A program made the translations under genes and the position numbers. From a virus: a stretch of 64,000 nt of DNA. Under the pieces are notes generated by a model that saw nothing but the letters and a program-made list of their open reading frames with translations, had not been told where the DNA came from and ran no database searches. Location: positions 26,623-90,622 of IMG/VR virus record IMGVR_UViG_3300034196_000019, one strand, 5' to 3'. Of the stretch, positions 20,293 through 31,236 are shown piece after piece (within the stretch, counting starts at the first letter, position 1; every line of letters begins with the position of its first letter).

Positions 20293-20305
20293 TATTGAAT
20301 CTCCT

Positions 20306-21775
20306 TAGATATTATTATCTTGTTTAAATTTCTCAACAGCTACCGCAAAGTCTGATTTATCCATTGCAGTTACTTGGAGAACGACAGAAAGCTCTGGAAT
20401 AAAAACCGCATCCCAATACATACCACCATCTTCACCGGCTTCCAAAGAATTCTTAGTTTCAATTTGAATCTCTTTCATAACTACTCTCCTTTAAAATTAA
20501 ATACAGGTTTCATTTTCTTAATCTCTTTCATAATACGGATAAACTCATCTGTAGCATTTTCAGCATATAACATACTTTCTTCGCTAGATACTTGTTTCTC
20601 AAGATTATCAGAGTCTTTCACTTGCCAACGATCAAAGATAAGAGAAATATCTTCTCTTGTTAGGCTGTAGGATACAGGCTTAGTCATATAGCTCAATACC
20701 AAAGTTAATCTCCCCACGTACATAGTCTTTAGACTGAAAAGCATATACCTGTACTTCGGACGGGATATAGTTTTTGTACGAGAACGATGCTGGTCCTGCA
20801 ATAAATACTTTACCAAGTTTAAGTTTATTAACTGTTTTAGTATCTCCCTCTTTTAACAGAATACCAATCTTTGCAGTGCTGTGTTTTGCATCAGTTAGCT
20901 TACGACTTAGAGTAAACCAACATGCATCACTAATTAACTTAAGACAATGGACTATCTGATCAGGATCTTTGGAATTACATTCATAATGTAAAGGGTAATG
21001 CTTTACCTTAGACTTATCATCTGTGTATTCAATATCGAAACGCTCAAGTCGGTACAGGGCTTCAGTTTTATACTCATTTCCAATCTGACCAATTGTTTCT
21101 GTTAGATCAATTATATTAGTCATTCTTCAGAGCCTGGTATGTTGAGAGAAAATACTTTGCACAAGCCTCTCCATAATTATCATTCTCATTGTATTCACAA
21201 AAGTTATTAGGATTAGCTTCATAACTCTTCAGCCAAGACTCAAAGATAGCTTCAATATCAGATTGTCGCATTTGATAGTATTGTTCGCTACTACTCATTA
21301 TTGAATCTCCCCAAAGATTGACCACTCACCATCTCGGAAATCTCCGCGAGGATCACACTGTCGTTCTGTACCAAAGAAGTCATCTGAAGCTAGACTATCA
21401 AGAAGATCCTCAATATCCGCCGCTAGAATCTCTGCAAAATCTTCGTCTTCTTGAATAATGCTTTCAAGACGTGGAAACAATTTAAGCAAGTTTGTTTGTA
21501 CTTCGTTCATACACTTTTATCTCCACTATATTCAGAAATAACATCCCCAATATTTGGAATCATATCATCCAGATAATCAAGCAATCCTTCGTAATATTCC
21601 ACTGTCTTCTGAAGGATTGCGATTCGTTGTTCTGGGGTTTCGTATTTAGGGTTATTCATCTAATTCCATCCATTGATATATTTTATCAGTAAGCCACATA
21701 GTTGAAAGCATAAACGTGACTATACCTAAAGTATATAACAACAGTATAGATAAAATACAGGCCGCTAAAAGCATC
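20306..21775 (-). other. Cluster of small hypothetical ORFs (including 20481-20687, 20680-21123, 21116-21298, 21298-21510)
   Basis: Coupled starts and stops with RBSs. Confidence 0.6.
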
Positions 21776-21835
21776 TCTTCTCTCCTTTAATTATAGGAAG
21801 AGCCCTCGACAAGAAGGCTCTTTATTCTTAGGTTA

Positions 21836-22912
21836 TTAGATCATGTGCAAGAACATACGACCTTCTTGCAAACCAATTGGAGCGAAGGGAATATCTCCAA
21901 AGTCATCAAAGTCTGTACCCTGTGGGGTAGGGCTAGGTTCAACTTTACGCGTCTCCTGTGGTGCTGTAGGATGAGGAATAGCCTGTTCCGGTTGATGTTC
22001 CTGGCTAGAGTTGGAGGCTTTTACACGACCAAGTTCAATCAGCGCTTTCTGTACGTCGCTGCCTTCAAAGTTTGTTGCCAAGCTCATTGTAGTGATAATA
22101 CTCTGACGCAGATTCTTCAACACTTCTTTGTCTTGTGGACCTTTGAAGTTAACACCGTAGATGTATTTATCATCCAGAGTAGGGATCAGCTTTTGCATAG
22201 CCTTTGGTACTTGACCGTTCAGCTTAATTTTCTCATTCAGATAATGTTTACCTTGAGACTCTTGGATGAATAATTGAACATCAAACAATGCAGCCTTACC
22301 CAAAAGGTTCCCGATGTACGCTGGTTTTAGCAAACCTTTATCGTCCAGAACACCACCAGTGGCCTGAGCCAGTTTATACAGAACAGTGTTGTTCTTGATA
22401 GACCAGTTACCGTCATCTGAGCGAGTTTCTTTCAGATTATAGGGCTTGCCAACTGTCTTACCAATTCCTTTGATGAAAAATTCACCGTTGAGTAACTGAC
22501 GCAAAGGATGCTCGACACCAGTATCAGACTCAGCAAAGAACTGATCGTTGTTTACCATAATATCAGGAAAGTCAACAGTCAGTGCCACTTGTTGGCAAGG
22601 CTTCACTACCCATCGCTTGTATCGAGTCGGAATACCCTTGTCATTGTCTAGGGTTGCAAAGTACTGTGCAGAATTCTTCTTAAGCTCTTCAGCTTCATCC
22701 TCTTCCGTACCCTTGAACTCCATTTTGGCATCTTCTTGTTTTTGAAGACCAAGGTCAATTACACCAGAGACAATACCAATCAGAGCTTCTGGACCATCCT
22801 GAGTGCCAGCCTTCTCTACAAGATACTTACTACGTGCGTCCCAATCAATCTCCTTACGATTCTCGTTGCTTGCAGCTTGTGGTGCGTTCTCAACATTAAA
22901 TACGAATGCCAT
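21836..22912 (-). CDS. Putative single-stranded DNA-binding protein
   Basis: Position in the replication module, own promoter and terminator, disordered linker then acidic DFDDFGDIPF motif. Confidence 0.65.
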   Translation of the reverse strand: MAFVFNVENAPQAASNENRKEIDWDARSKYLVEKAGTQDGPEALIGIVSGVIDLGLQKQEDAKMEFKGTEEDEAEELKKNSAQYFATLDNDKGIPTRYKRWVVKPCQQVALTVDFPDIMVNNDQFFAESDTGVEHPLRQLLNGEFFIKGIGKTVGKPYNLKETRSDDGNWSIKNNTVLYKLAQATGGVLDDKGLLKPAYIGNLLGKAALFDVQLFIQESQGKHYLNEKIKLNGQVPKAMQKLIPTLDDKYIYGVNFKGPQDKEVLKNLRQSIITTMSLATNFEGSDVQKALIELGRVKASNSSQEHQPEQAIPHPTAPQETRKVEPSPTPQGTDFDDFGDIPFAPIGLQEGRMFLHMI

Positions 22913-23069
22913 CTGTTATTTCCTCTTTTTGCGATTTATATAGTTTGTCATGATTGACGTTTATTGCTTTCAGGGTTGCAGCTCCTACATTCGCCTAGGC
23001 TTATCTATATTTCCTAACAGGAAAGTAGTCTAGGACATACATTATAGCTCTTTTACATCTTGTGTGCAA
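22913..23069 (-). promoter_or_regulatory. Promoter and about 120-nt structured 5' leader of the SSB-like gene
   Basis: TTGCAC-N17-TATAAT (23041-23069); CCTAG..TTTCCT-GTT-AGGAAA..CTAGG hairpin then an A-rich tract. Confidence 0.65.
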
Positions 23070-23077
23070 GGATTATT

Positions 23078-23742
23078 TTATTTCTTTACCAAGAGAACTG
23101 TCCCAACTACAGCAAAAATAGTCAGTACAATTACAATAGGAATCCAAATTGGCGCCGCCACCCATACCCAGCTCCATGCAATAACACCACAAAGTTTCAA
23201 CGTCATAAAGATTAGGAACATGATAGCCAAGATTGGGAATTGTACGGTAGTACTTTTAGTTACGTTTGACATTTTATTTCTCCTTTAAATACTAATTTAG
23301 TCGTCAGATTAAATACTAATCAAATATGCTTGCCGAATCTGTTTGATTGGGTAGCAATAGTTATATTCAGAATTACGTGTGCTAGCTTTAAATAATCCTT
23401 GAGCAATACCAAAGCTCGCCAATGGGTTTAGAAATTCCCGAGGTGAAGCCTTATGCTTGAACTCTATCACTAGTTCAAAGTTTTGATTATCTGGCACTTC
23501 ATGGTGGAAGTCTTTAAGGGATAAGTTAATCTTTGGAAATGGTGTTTGTTTAGATTTCATTGTTCAAACATCTCCTTGGTGAAGCATTCATGGAAAACTT
23601 TCTTGTGAATGATCAGATCAGCATAGTCTCTGGTATAAAGATGATACCAGCTAATGTATTCTTTAGCATCTTCCTCGGATGCAAAACATTCTTGAATACA
23701 ATCCCAACCAAGGTCAGGGTTAGTTACAACGTACACATTCAT
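23078..23742 (-). CDS. Three small ORFs (23078-23272 membrane protein, 23309-23560, 23557-23742)
   Basis: LKLCGVIAWSWVWVAAPIWIP phage membrane motif; promoter TTGACA-N17-TAAAAT at 23781-23809. Confidence 0.7.
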
Positions 23743-23816
23743 TTCATTCTCCTATTAATATTTCTATGTTCTCGGGATGGATTTTAGTCTGTGTTTGAGA
23801 GGGTGTCAATGAGTTA

Positions 23817-26138
23817 TTAGTGACACTCAGACCACGTTGAACCGCAAGCCCACTCAAATCCAAGATTCACATTAAGCTTTAGCAGCCGCTCAGTTTTAGT
23901 AATTGAGTCCTTAATGATTTTAGACATCGGACTAAATGCTACAAAGTAATTCTCACCAATATGCCCGACCGTACTGGAATCTTTTGTCACTACGGCTTTT
24001 GCTTCCTCCTCCGTTTTAAACACTTTAAACGATACAAGACTTTTATGCAAGCTAAATTGTGCCTCATCGTGGTACGCAATCATCTGTTGAATTGAGGGTT
24101 TGTTGTGAAGATCCCGATCAAAGACATTCCCCCACAAATCTAAACGCTCAAGTTCTTGGTGAATATAGACCAAAGTGTATTTAGCAGCAAGACTCCCACA
24201 ATTCTGGAAGATAGCGTTAATACAACTATGCGCTGATCGTGTGTAAACCTTACGCCCATCAATACCTTGTACAAATTTCTTCTTATTGTTCTCCCAGTGT
24301 AATTGCAAAGCATCCTTTAGCTGCTTAAGAGCAGGTACTGCTGCCCAGTAGTCTTCAAAAAGTTTCTTTGCGCGAGCCATTGGGATGCTCATACTTTTTG
24401 AAATCTTAGCTGCTTGGGCGCCGTACATTAAGGAATAGCCCAGGGTTTTTGCTGTAGACCGATCGATGCCCATCTTTCTTGCGTTAACACTGTGAATATC
24501 ATTAGGTTTCTCCGAGACTAGGGTTTTTGCAAGCTCATCCCCATAGTTATACACAAGGTCTCCAGAAGGTTTCTTTTTGAGTACAAAGTGAGCATTGCAA
24601 AGAGCCTCTAGACTTGAAAAGTCAAACCCCATCTGCACTTGATTTGCTGCACGATCAACCCCAAAAAGACTACGCATTTCATGCCCGTATAGACTCGTTA
24701 CCCTAGCAATGTTGCAAACACCCCTGTGAGTGTATCTCCCAGTATTGGTTCCGTTTGTATTTGCAGGAGTTGGGATTCTACCGTCTGCCCGCATTTGAAC
24801 TAAAAAGCCACTCGTAGGTTCCCCATCTTCATCCAAGCCCCCAGCAATAGAGTTCTTTCTGTGCTTATAAGTATAGTATTCAACAACATCTTTTGCAAAA
24901 GGAAATTTATCAGCCATTGCTAGTAGGTTAGGGCAAATTTCTTTCTCTACACCAACGGTCAAGGTTGGGGCGGTTGGCACTCGTACTGGTTTTGCGAAGT
25001 CTTTAGACAGCAGCCAAGTCTTAAGTTCTGTTTCTTTTACATCAAGCAACTTCAATCGCCAATCTTTAAACGGGCCCGTAAGCGTTTGTTCTACATATCG
25101 ATCAACAGTTTTTAGGAAATCATCCTTACTCCTTTTCTTTTTCTTAGCATCTACGGTAAGATCGCGCTCTTTATACTGACTCGGATTCCAAAACATAGAT
25201 AGCAGATACCACTTAATATGTTCGCCGTCATCCACAGTAGCCTTACCTGTGGATACGATTGGTTCTTCACTCAATGGTAGAGAATAAGTCTTACCATAAA
25301 GTTCTACCTGACGGTCGTCTACGGATAGCTTTCCGCCGTGTTTCTCTACCCACTTTTCCATAATTGCGGAGATACCACCACACTTCTTAAATTGGATTTT
25401 TGGTGGGATATACTGCTTTACCTCTCCCTTATTAAGTGGTTTTTCTGGCAGTACAGGATCTACGTTAGCTGCGATTAAACGCATACGTTCTGTTAAGTCT
25501 GCTACGCAGTTCTCGGCTAACTCTTTATTGAATTTAAAACCATAAAGCTCCTGGGAGAGCGTAATATCAGCAAGTTTATTTTCAAGCGCGTAGGCTTTAC
25601 TCCAAGTATAACTATTATACTCTTCCATCTCCTTAAAGAATAGAGTTGCATTACTAGAAGTATCCTGAATGCAATATGTCAACATCTCTTCTGAGTATTT
25701 TGAGAAATCATGAAAATCAATTTTCGGATTGCCAAAACGATCACCCCAAGCTCCTAGACTGTGATCGATCACTGTATCACTATATAGCAAATAACTTAAG
25801 ACGAGAGTATCCCAAACAAGCACCGGATTGCCATATAGTGTAGAAGACTCCCCCACATACCCTATAGAGTACTCCAAGCCCATCCAAAGTTTAAGAACAG
25901 GTAGGTCATACATCGAAATATTATGCCCGATGATTTCAGTTACAGTTTCAAGATAAGGTTTAAGTTTAGTTTTAATCTCGACCTCACCTACAAAAGTAGC
26001 AACTTCATCTGTATCAATATCTCGACATACAACACACCAGACCTTGAAGTCGTCTTTTAAGCGATATGGGAGTTTTGAATAATCCAAGCCATTTTGTAAA
26101 AGATCATTTGCCTCAATATCTAGTACTACCCGTTTCAT
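23817..26138 (-). CDS. Family A DNA polymerase with 3'-5' exonuclease domain (T7-like, Tyr at the 762-equivalent position)
   Basis: LDIEA, GHNISMYD, YCIQD; TGRYTH; DFSSLE; KTLGYSLMYG; YHDE. Confidence 0.95.
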   Translation of the reverse strand: MKRVVLDIEANDLLQNGLDYSKLPYRLKDDFKVWCVVCRDIDTDEVATFVGEVEIKTKLKPYLETVTEIIGHNISMYDLPVLKLWMGLEYSIGYVGESSTLYGNPVLVWDTLVLSYLLYSDTVIDHSLGAWGDRFGNPKIDFHDFSKYSEEMLTYCIQDTSSNATLFFKEMEEYNSYTWSKAYALENKLADITLSQELYGFKFNKELAENCVADLTERMRLIAANVDPVLPEKPLNKGEVKQYIPPKIQFKKCGGISAIMEKWVEKHGGKLSVDDRQVELYGKTYSLPLSEEPIVSTGKATVDDGEHIKWYLLSMFWNPSQYKERDLTVDAKKKKRSKDDFLKTVDRYVEQTLTGPFKDWRLKLLDVKETELKTWLLSKDFAKPVRVPTAPTLTVGVEKEICPNLLAMADKFPFAKDVVEYYTYKHRKNSIAGGLDEDGEPTSGFLVQMRADGRIPTPANTNGTNTGRYTHRGVCNIARVTSLYGHEMRSLFGVDRAANQVQMGFDFSSLEALCNAHFVLKKKPSGDLVYNYGDELAKTLVSEKPNDIHSVNARKMGIDRSTAKTLGYSLMYGAQAAKISKSMSIPMARAKKLFEDYWAAVPALKQLKDALQLHWENNKKKFVQGIDGRKVYTRSAHSCINAIFQNCGSLAAKYTLVYIHQELERLDLWGNVFDRDLHNKPSIQQMIAYHDEAQFSLHKSLVSFKVFKTEEEAKAVVTKDSSTVGHIGENYFVAFSPMSKIIKDSITKTERLLKLNVNLGFEWACGSTWSECH

Positions 26139-26147
26139 TACCTTCTC

Positions 26148-27062
26148 CTACAGATTTTCATGGTCTAAATTTGCTCTGACGTATCTTAAGAAATAGCGCT
26201 TAACGCTTGTTTCATTAATGCCAAGCTCTCTGGAAACCTCCATAAAGCCTCCGCCTTGCAGTATACGCTTAGTTACTTGAACTTCAAGCTCTTCTTTTGT
26301 TTGTCCTCGCCTCTGAGCTACGAGAAAGCTTTTCCTATACACCTGATCGTAGTCTCCAATATACAGACAGATAGTTGGTAATTCAAGCCCTTTCATCTCA
26401 GCAATTTTTCTAGCTGAAACGCCTTCTGCAATTAACAGTCGAATTTCTCTTGTTAATTCTAGGTTATCTTTATCGTATTCAGCTTTACATTTTGCAAGAT
26501 TATGCCCTGAGATATACCAATATGGAGCGTGTCTCTCCCAGCCAATTTCTCTTGCAATCTGAGCACTGCTCTTACCTAAAAGTATTTCTGAATGGATAAA
26601 AAGACAGAATTCCCCGAAGTTTTTATATCCAAATCTTTTTGCTGTATTGTGTCTTTTATTTAAAGAGGATACAGCTTTACCATATCCAACAATAGTTTCA
26701 CCATACATATTATAGGCGGCTGTTTGATCCACCATATGCCCGCCTATAAGAGCCTAAGAAATATTGTAGTATTCAGGTGATTCAACAGCGTTTAAACTAA
26801 CGATCCATTTGTTTTCAGTTTCCAATAAAAGCTTCTTGTCAGGAACTTCTTCGAGGATTTTTGCAGAAAGTCTGGCGCCTTTAGCCATATCGTCTTTCAT
26901 TAAGGGGCAAGAACTACTTCCATAATAAGGTAATCCAGTTTTAGCTGAAACAATTCGATCAATACCACGTATGTTCTCAATAAAACATTCAGCCTTAGAT
27001 CCAACGTAAAACCGTCTACCCTCTGTTTTATCTAAATTGGTTAGCAAATAAATTATATTCAA
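26148..27062 (-). pseudogene. Seg-like GIY-YIG endonuclease with tandem HTHs, split by an in-frame TAG (26754-26756)
   Basis: IIY...YVG, YYGSS, E...YYNIS*ALIGGHMVDQ continues in frame into the 195-aa ORF. Confidence 0.8.
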
Positions 27063-27085
27063 TATTTCTCCCTATTAATTAAATT

Positions 27086-28753
27086 CTAAAATTGTGATAC
27101 ATCGTCTTCTTGAAGTAGCACCTCCCACGACACATCATCTACTGTGAATGAGTCAGCTACACCAAGATAACTCCATGGGCGGTTCTTCAATACTGTCAAT
27201 CTTACACGACCACGGCTTCGGTCTGGTAGTATTTCCGGCTCTAGACCAATAATAATAAAGCTCAATTGTTCCAAGGCAGCACTGCCCCGCATCATCTCCT
27301 TTGTCACCATTACCCAATAGGGCTTAGGCTCTTCTCCATCCTTGAGTTTAGGCGGCTTGAATTGCTCTGCTGCACTGCGGTTGATATGGCTCACTGCAAT
27401 AATACACACATCATTGGCTGCACAGAATGCTGCAAGCTCTGTCATCACCATATCAAGCTCTTTACGCTCATCAGCAACATTACTGCCTGAGATAACCAAG
27501 CTTAAGTGATCTAGGAGAATAAAGCTACAACCTTCTACCAAGTGCATGTGTTTAATTTTAGCCATAAGCTCTGTGATTGGCAGGCTACCGAAGTGACCTA
27601 GCATAACAAGACCATCATTGTCAATAATATCTTGACGTGCTTGTTCAATCTTCTCTCGTGTGCTCACTTTAAGCGGATTATTCTTAAATTCAAGATAGTT
27701 CACTTTAAGCTTTGCTGCAATCAGGCGCTGCATTGTCTCCTTATTTGTTTCCTCAAGATAGATCATGCCTAGCTTCTCGCCTGCTTCCATAAACGCAGAT
27801 GCGAAGATACTTGTTACTGTACTTTTCCCTACGCCACTGGGGCTTGTAAGCAAGACTAGTTCTCGCAAACGAAAACCGTGAAGCTTATCCATGAGTTTAG
27901 GGAAGCTTGGAACATATACACCCTCTGGGCGAGGTTCAAGCAACTCATCTAGAGAGATATCTACAGCCTTAACGATCTTCTCTGAAGAATATGGGCGGCG
28001 ACCAAACTGAATAAGTTTAGCTAGCTCATTAGACTTACCAGCTTGCAAGAAGTCGCTTGCATCCTTAAAGCCATCCTCTGGAGTTACAGTAAACAAAGAC
28101 TGACCATTGCCTACCAAAGCACTTGCAATAGCTTCACGGGCCTCGTGGCCCTTCATAATCCCTTTCTTAAGCTCTGCTGGTGTACAGTGGTCATCGTCCA
28201 TAAAGATGGTCAGAGCATCATAAGACAGAATGTAATCATTGTTATGCAGAATGCTCTCTACTGCGTTAGCTGTACCAAGAGGAATACTAGCTACTAGGGG
28301 TTCAATACCTTCAAACTTCGTCCCTTTAACAGAACCTACTGCGGCCTGGAAAACTGCTAGGCAGTCGTGCTGACCCTCGGTGAGAATAAGATTGCTACGC
28401 TTACGATTCTGTTTTTCTGCAATAGACTGACCAAATAGCTTGTTACTGATGCTAACAGAGCCAACTACACTCCAATGATATTTCTCTTCCTTAGATTTAG
28501 TAAGGTCTTGCTTCGTATATCCTGTAACTTTATCTTTCTGATTGTATGACGGAAAGTATACGGCAATCGGCGTGCTACCGTCCTTTGGGTCTACTGCCAC
28601 CTTTACACCAAAGCGCTCAAGAGTTTCCTTGCGGATGCCGCGCTCTGGTAGATCTCTTGCCCCGTATGTTTCAATCTCTTTAATCGTTTCTTTAGGCTGA
28701 AAATCTTGCATTACTTCCCCCTGCTTACCAAATTTCTTACGTTCATAGCCCAC
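27086..28753 (-). CDS. T7 gp4-like primase-helicase without N-terminal zinc finger
   Basis: TOPRIM TEGQHD and MDDD, KDASD; Walker A SPSGVGKST; LLDHL; VSHI; MRGS; KNR. Confidence 0.95.
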   Translation of the reverse strand: MGYERKKFGKQGEVMQDFQPKETIKEIETYGARDLPERGIRKETLERFGVKVAVDPKDGSTPIAVYFPSYNQKDKVTGYTKQDLTKSKEEKYHWSVVGSVSISNKLFGQSIAEKQNRKRSNLILTEGQHDCLAVFQAAVGSVKGTKFEGIEPLVASIPLGTANAVESILHNNDYILSYDALTIFMDDDHCTPAELKKGIMKGHEAREAIASALVGNGQSLFTVTPEDGFKDASDFLQAGKSNELAKLIQFGRRPYSSEKIVKAVDISLDELLEPRPEGVYVPSFPKLMDKLHGFRLRELVLLTSPSGVGKSTVTSIFASAFMEAGEKLGMIYLEETNKETMQRLIAAKLKVNYLEFKNNPLKVSTREKIEQARQDIIDNDGLVMLGHFGSLPITELMAKIKHMHLVEGCSFILLDHLSLVISGSNVADERKELDMVMTELAAFCAANDVCIIAVSHINRSAAEQFKPPKLKDGEEPKPYWVMVTKEMMRGSAALEQLSFIIIGLEPEILPDRSRGRVRLTVLKNRPWSYLGVADSFTVDDVSWEVLLQEDDVSQF

Positions 28754-28769
28754 AAGATTCTCCTCTTGA

Positions 28770-31085
28770 ATTATTTACTAGTGGAAAACATCTTTTCTAG
28801 GATTTCGCACCAGTCCGGTTTGTTTTCTTCTTCGTACTTAAATTTGAATTTAATTGCATCGTCTTCAGAAAGAAATATACCCTTTGTATTATCAGGGCTG
28901 GGATAATAGTTATACCAAGCATTTACTAGATAGACTTTCATGATTTACTCCCCTTAAATTCCATAGCGGCCACCCAAATACGATAAGCATTCTTTGGAGT
29001 ATCCCACTTATACTCTCCATCTTCCATAATTACAAGGTCATAATGCTGACGTTTGCGACGTAGGAAGAAAGCATATTCTTCGTTGTACCATTCTTGGAAG
29101 CTGGCCCTATGCGGGTGATTCTTGTCAAGAATATTCTCAGAATTTCCAGAATGGTTTGCTTGGCTCTGTGTCTGATTTAGCTGGCTCATGCTTTACACTC
29201 ATTTTAGGTTGCTGTGCGATACAACGATTGTACATCTCTACAGCAAACTTTTCAATCATTGTATCCTGATTATTTTCAAGACTCATTTTAGGCCATGTGT
29301 AAGCCTCACGAATCTGAGAAATATTCTGATCTGTATCACCAAATTTCTCTAGCATCATGGGAAGAGGAATCCCACGCTGATAGCCAAGCATATTACTCTT
29401 ACCAAGCTCATAATCAATGAGACAATCGTATTGTTTACTAGGGTTTTCATGCTCTGGAGACGCGCTAGCCTCTTTCTTAGGCAGACATACTGCTAGCACC
29501 ACAAGCACGCTAAACAGTAGGATAAATCGTGGGGAATAGGTCATTTTGATTGCTCCTGTTCTGCTAGCCATTCAACCATCCAGCCGATCAGTTGTTTTGC
29601 ATCTTCCGCATCTAGCTCTGCTGTAGCACAATCAATACGGAAGAAACCTGGATCATCTGGTGTATCGTAGATACGAATTTGTTCTTCAAATCCAAATGGA
29701 ATTACTAAGTCTTTCATTTCGTTTCTCCTTTAATTTCATTAAGAGCTTTCTGCTCTGTGTTTGGTACGCTCTCTTGAGCGGGTATAGCCACAATAATACA
29801 CTTCTGATCCCGTGGCAAGCTCTTTTCGCAAATATTTAACGCATTTAGTGTCTGTGTGTCCCTCTCTGGTACACCAGCTAGAAAGAGAATAGCAAGAATA
29901 ATAAGCATCGTAGCCAGTCCACCAGTAATAAAATCATTCATCTCATTCTCCTCGTACACGGGACTCCATCCAGGCATCCTCAATTTGTTCTTCAAGACTG
30001 AGAATCTGTAATTTCAAATCACGTACATAGTCTTCAGAATAGAGCTTTGTTCCATGCTGTACTTTCTCGTTGATAATTGCTGTAGTTAGGAATGCTCTTT
30101 GAAGGAGTAATCCTACTATATTTTCTGGCTTGCGTTGTACAACACCAACAACGTCTTCATCGTATTCGTTCATTATCTATTCTCCTTAGTCTGGTTTGAT
30201 AGGAAGTGGCATCCAATGTGAAACTATAGGACGATTACAAAACCCCGGACCATCTGCAACAGTTTCAACAAATTGACAATGATCCTCAATGTTTAACCAA
30301 AAACCACCATTCTCATAAAAACAATCACCCTGCCATTGATCAATCTCAATTGTAAATTCTTCATCGCCAGCATACAAGACATAAATTAAGCAGTCTTTAT
30401 TATTCTGTGGCTTGATCTCTTCCGTCTTGAACCAAATCATTTGCAGTAAGCCTCTTTCAGATACTTCGCAATTTCATATGTGAAGACACGGATATTGTCC
30501 TCTTTTAGCCAGCGCTCTGTACCAATAACTTTATCATTACGCTGATAACAAACAAGCCCATGTGTACGTCCAACATCATGACCAATTGTGTATGAATCTT
30601 CTTCAAGACTATTGATCACTTGTTCAAACTCTTGCTGTGTGCATGCGAGGTAGTTCATTTTGAAGCCTCTATGTAGTCAAATAATGAAGAGTACGTAGGA
30701 CGTTCCCATATGCAATTACACATAGCCTTGATATCCAGCATTTCAGAGATATTTACTGGGGAAAACACCCGGATAATATCGGACTCTGGTCTGCTGCCAA
30801 AGAGGTCTTCATTTAGCTTTGTGCTATTGTAGCACCCATTAGAGAATAGCATAACATCAAAGCGGGTGTCTTTTAGCACAATGTAGACAACACCTGAGCG
30901 TAGTTCTACACGATCACCACTTTTAAGGTCTGACTTAGTAAATCTTTTCATTTGTAATTGTCCTGTTCAGAAAGAGCATCTAGTACAAAGTTCTCAACTT
31001 GTTTCCAAGCCTCAAAGAAATACACATCTTCTTGGTTGATCACTTCTTGTATATAAGCTAGCATATCTTTTTGTGCTTGATTCAT
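28770..31085 (-). other. Cluster of small hypothetical ORFs, including a signal-peptide protein (29137-about 29544) and a DUF551-like protein (30186-30440)
   Basis: VSHWMPLP motif; coupled ORFs with RBSs. Confidence 0.65.
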
Positions 31086-31196
31086 TTCACCAACTCCGGT
31101 TTTTCACGCTTAGAGCCCCAAGATACATCAATTGGCTTTTCTCTGCAAGTCTATTCTCAGAATTTATTCATATGCTCTGGTTTGTTTGATGAGCTT

Positions 31197-31230
31197 ATTC
31201 TAGGGCAAAAGAAAAGCCCCGTCAAGGGGC
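31197..31230 (-). promoter_or_regulatory. Overlapping terminator and promoter
   Basis: GCCCC-TTGAC-GGGGC hairpin plus U-tract; TTGACG-N17-TAGAAT. Confidence 0.7.
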
Positions 31231-31236
31231 TATGAT

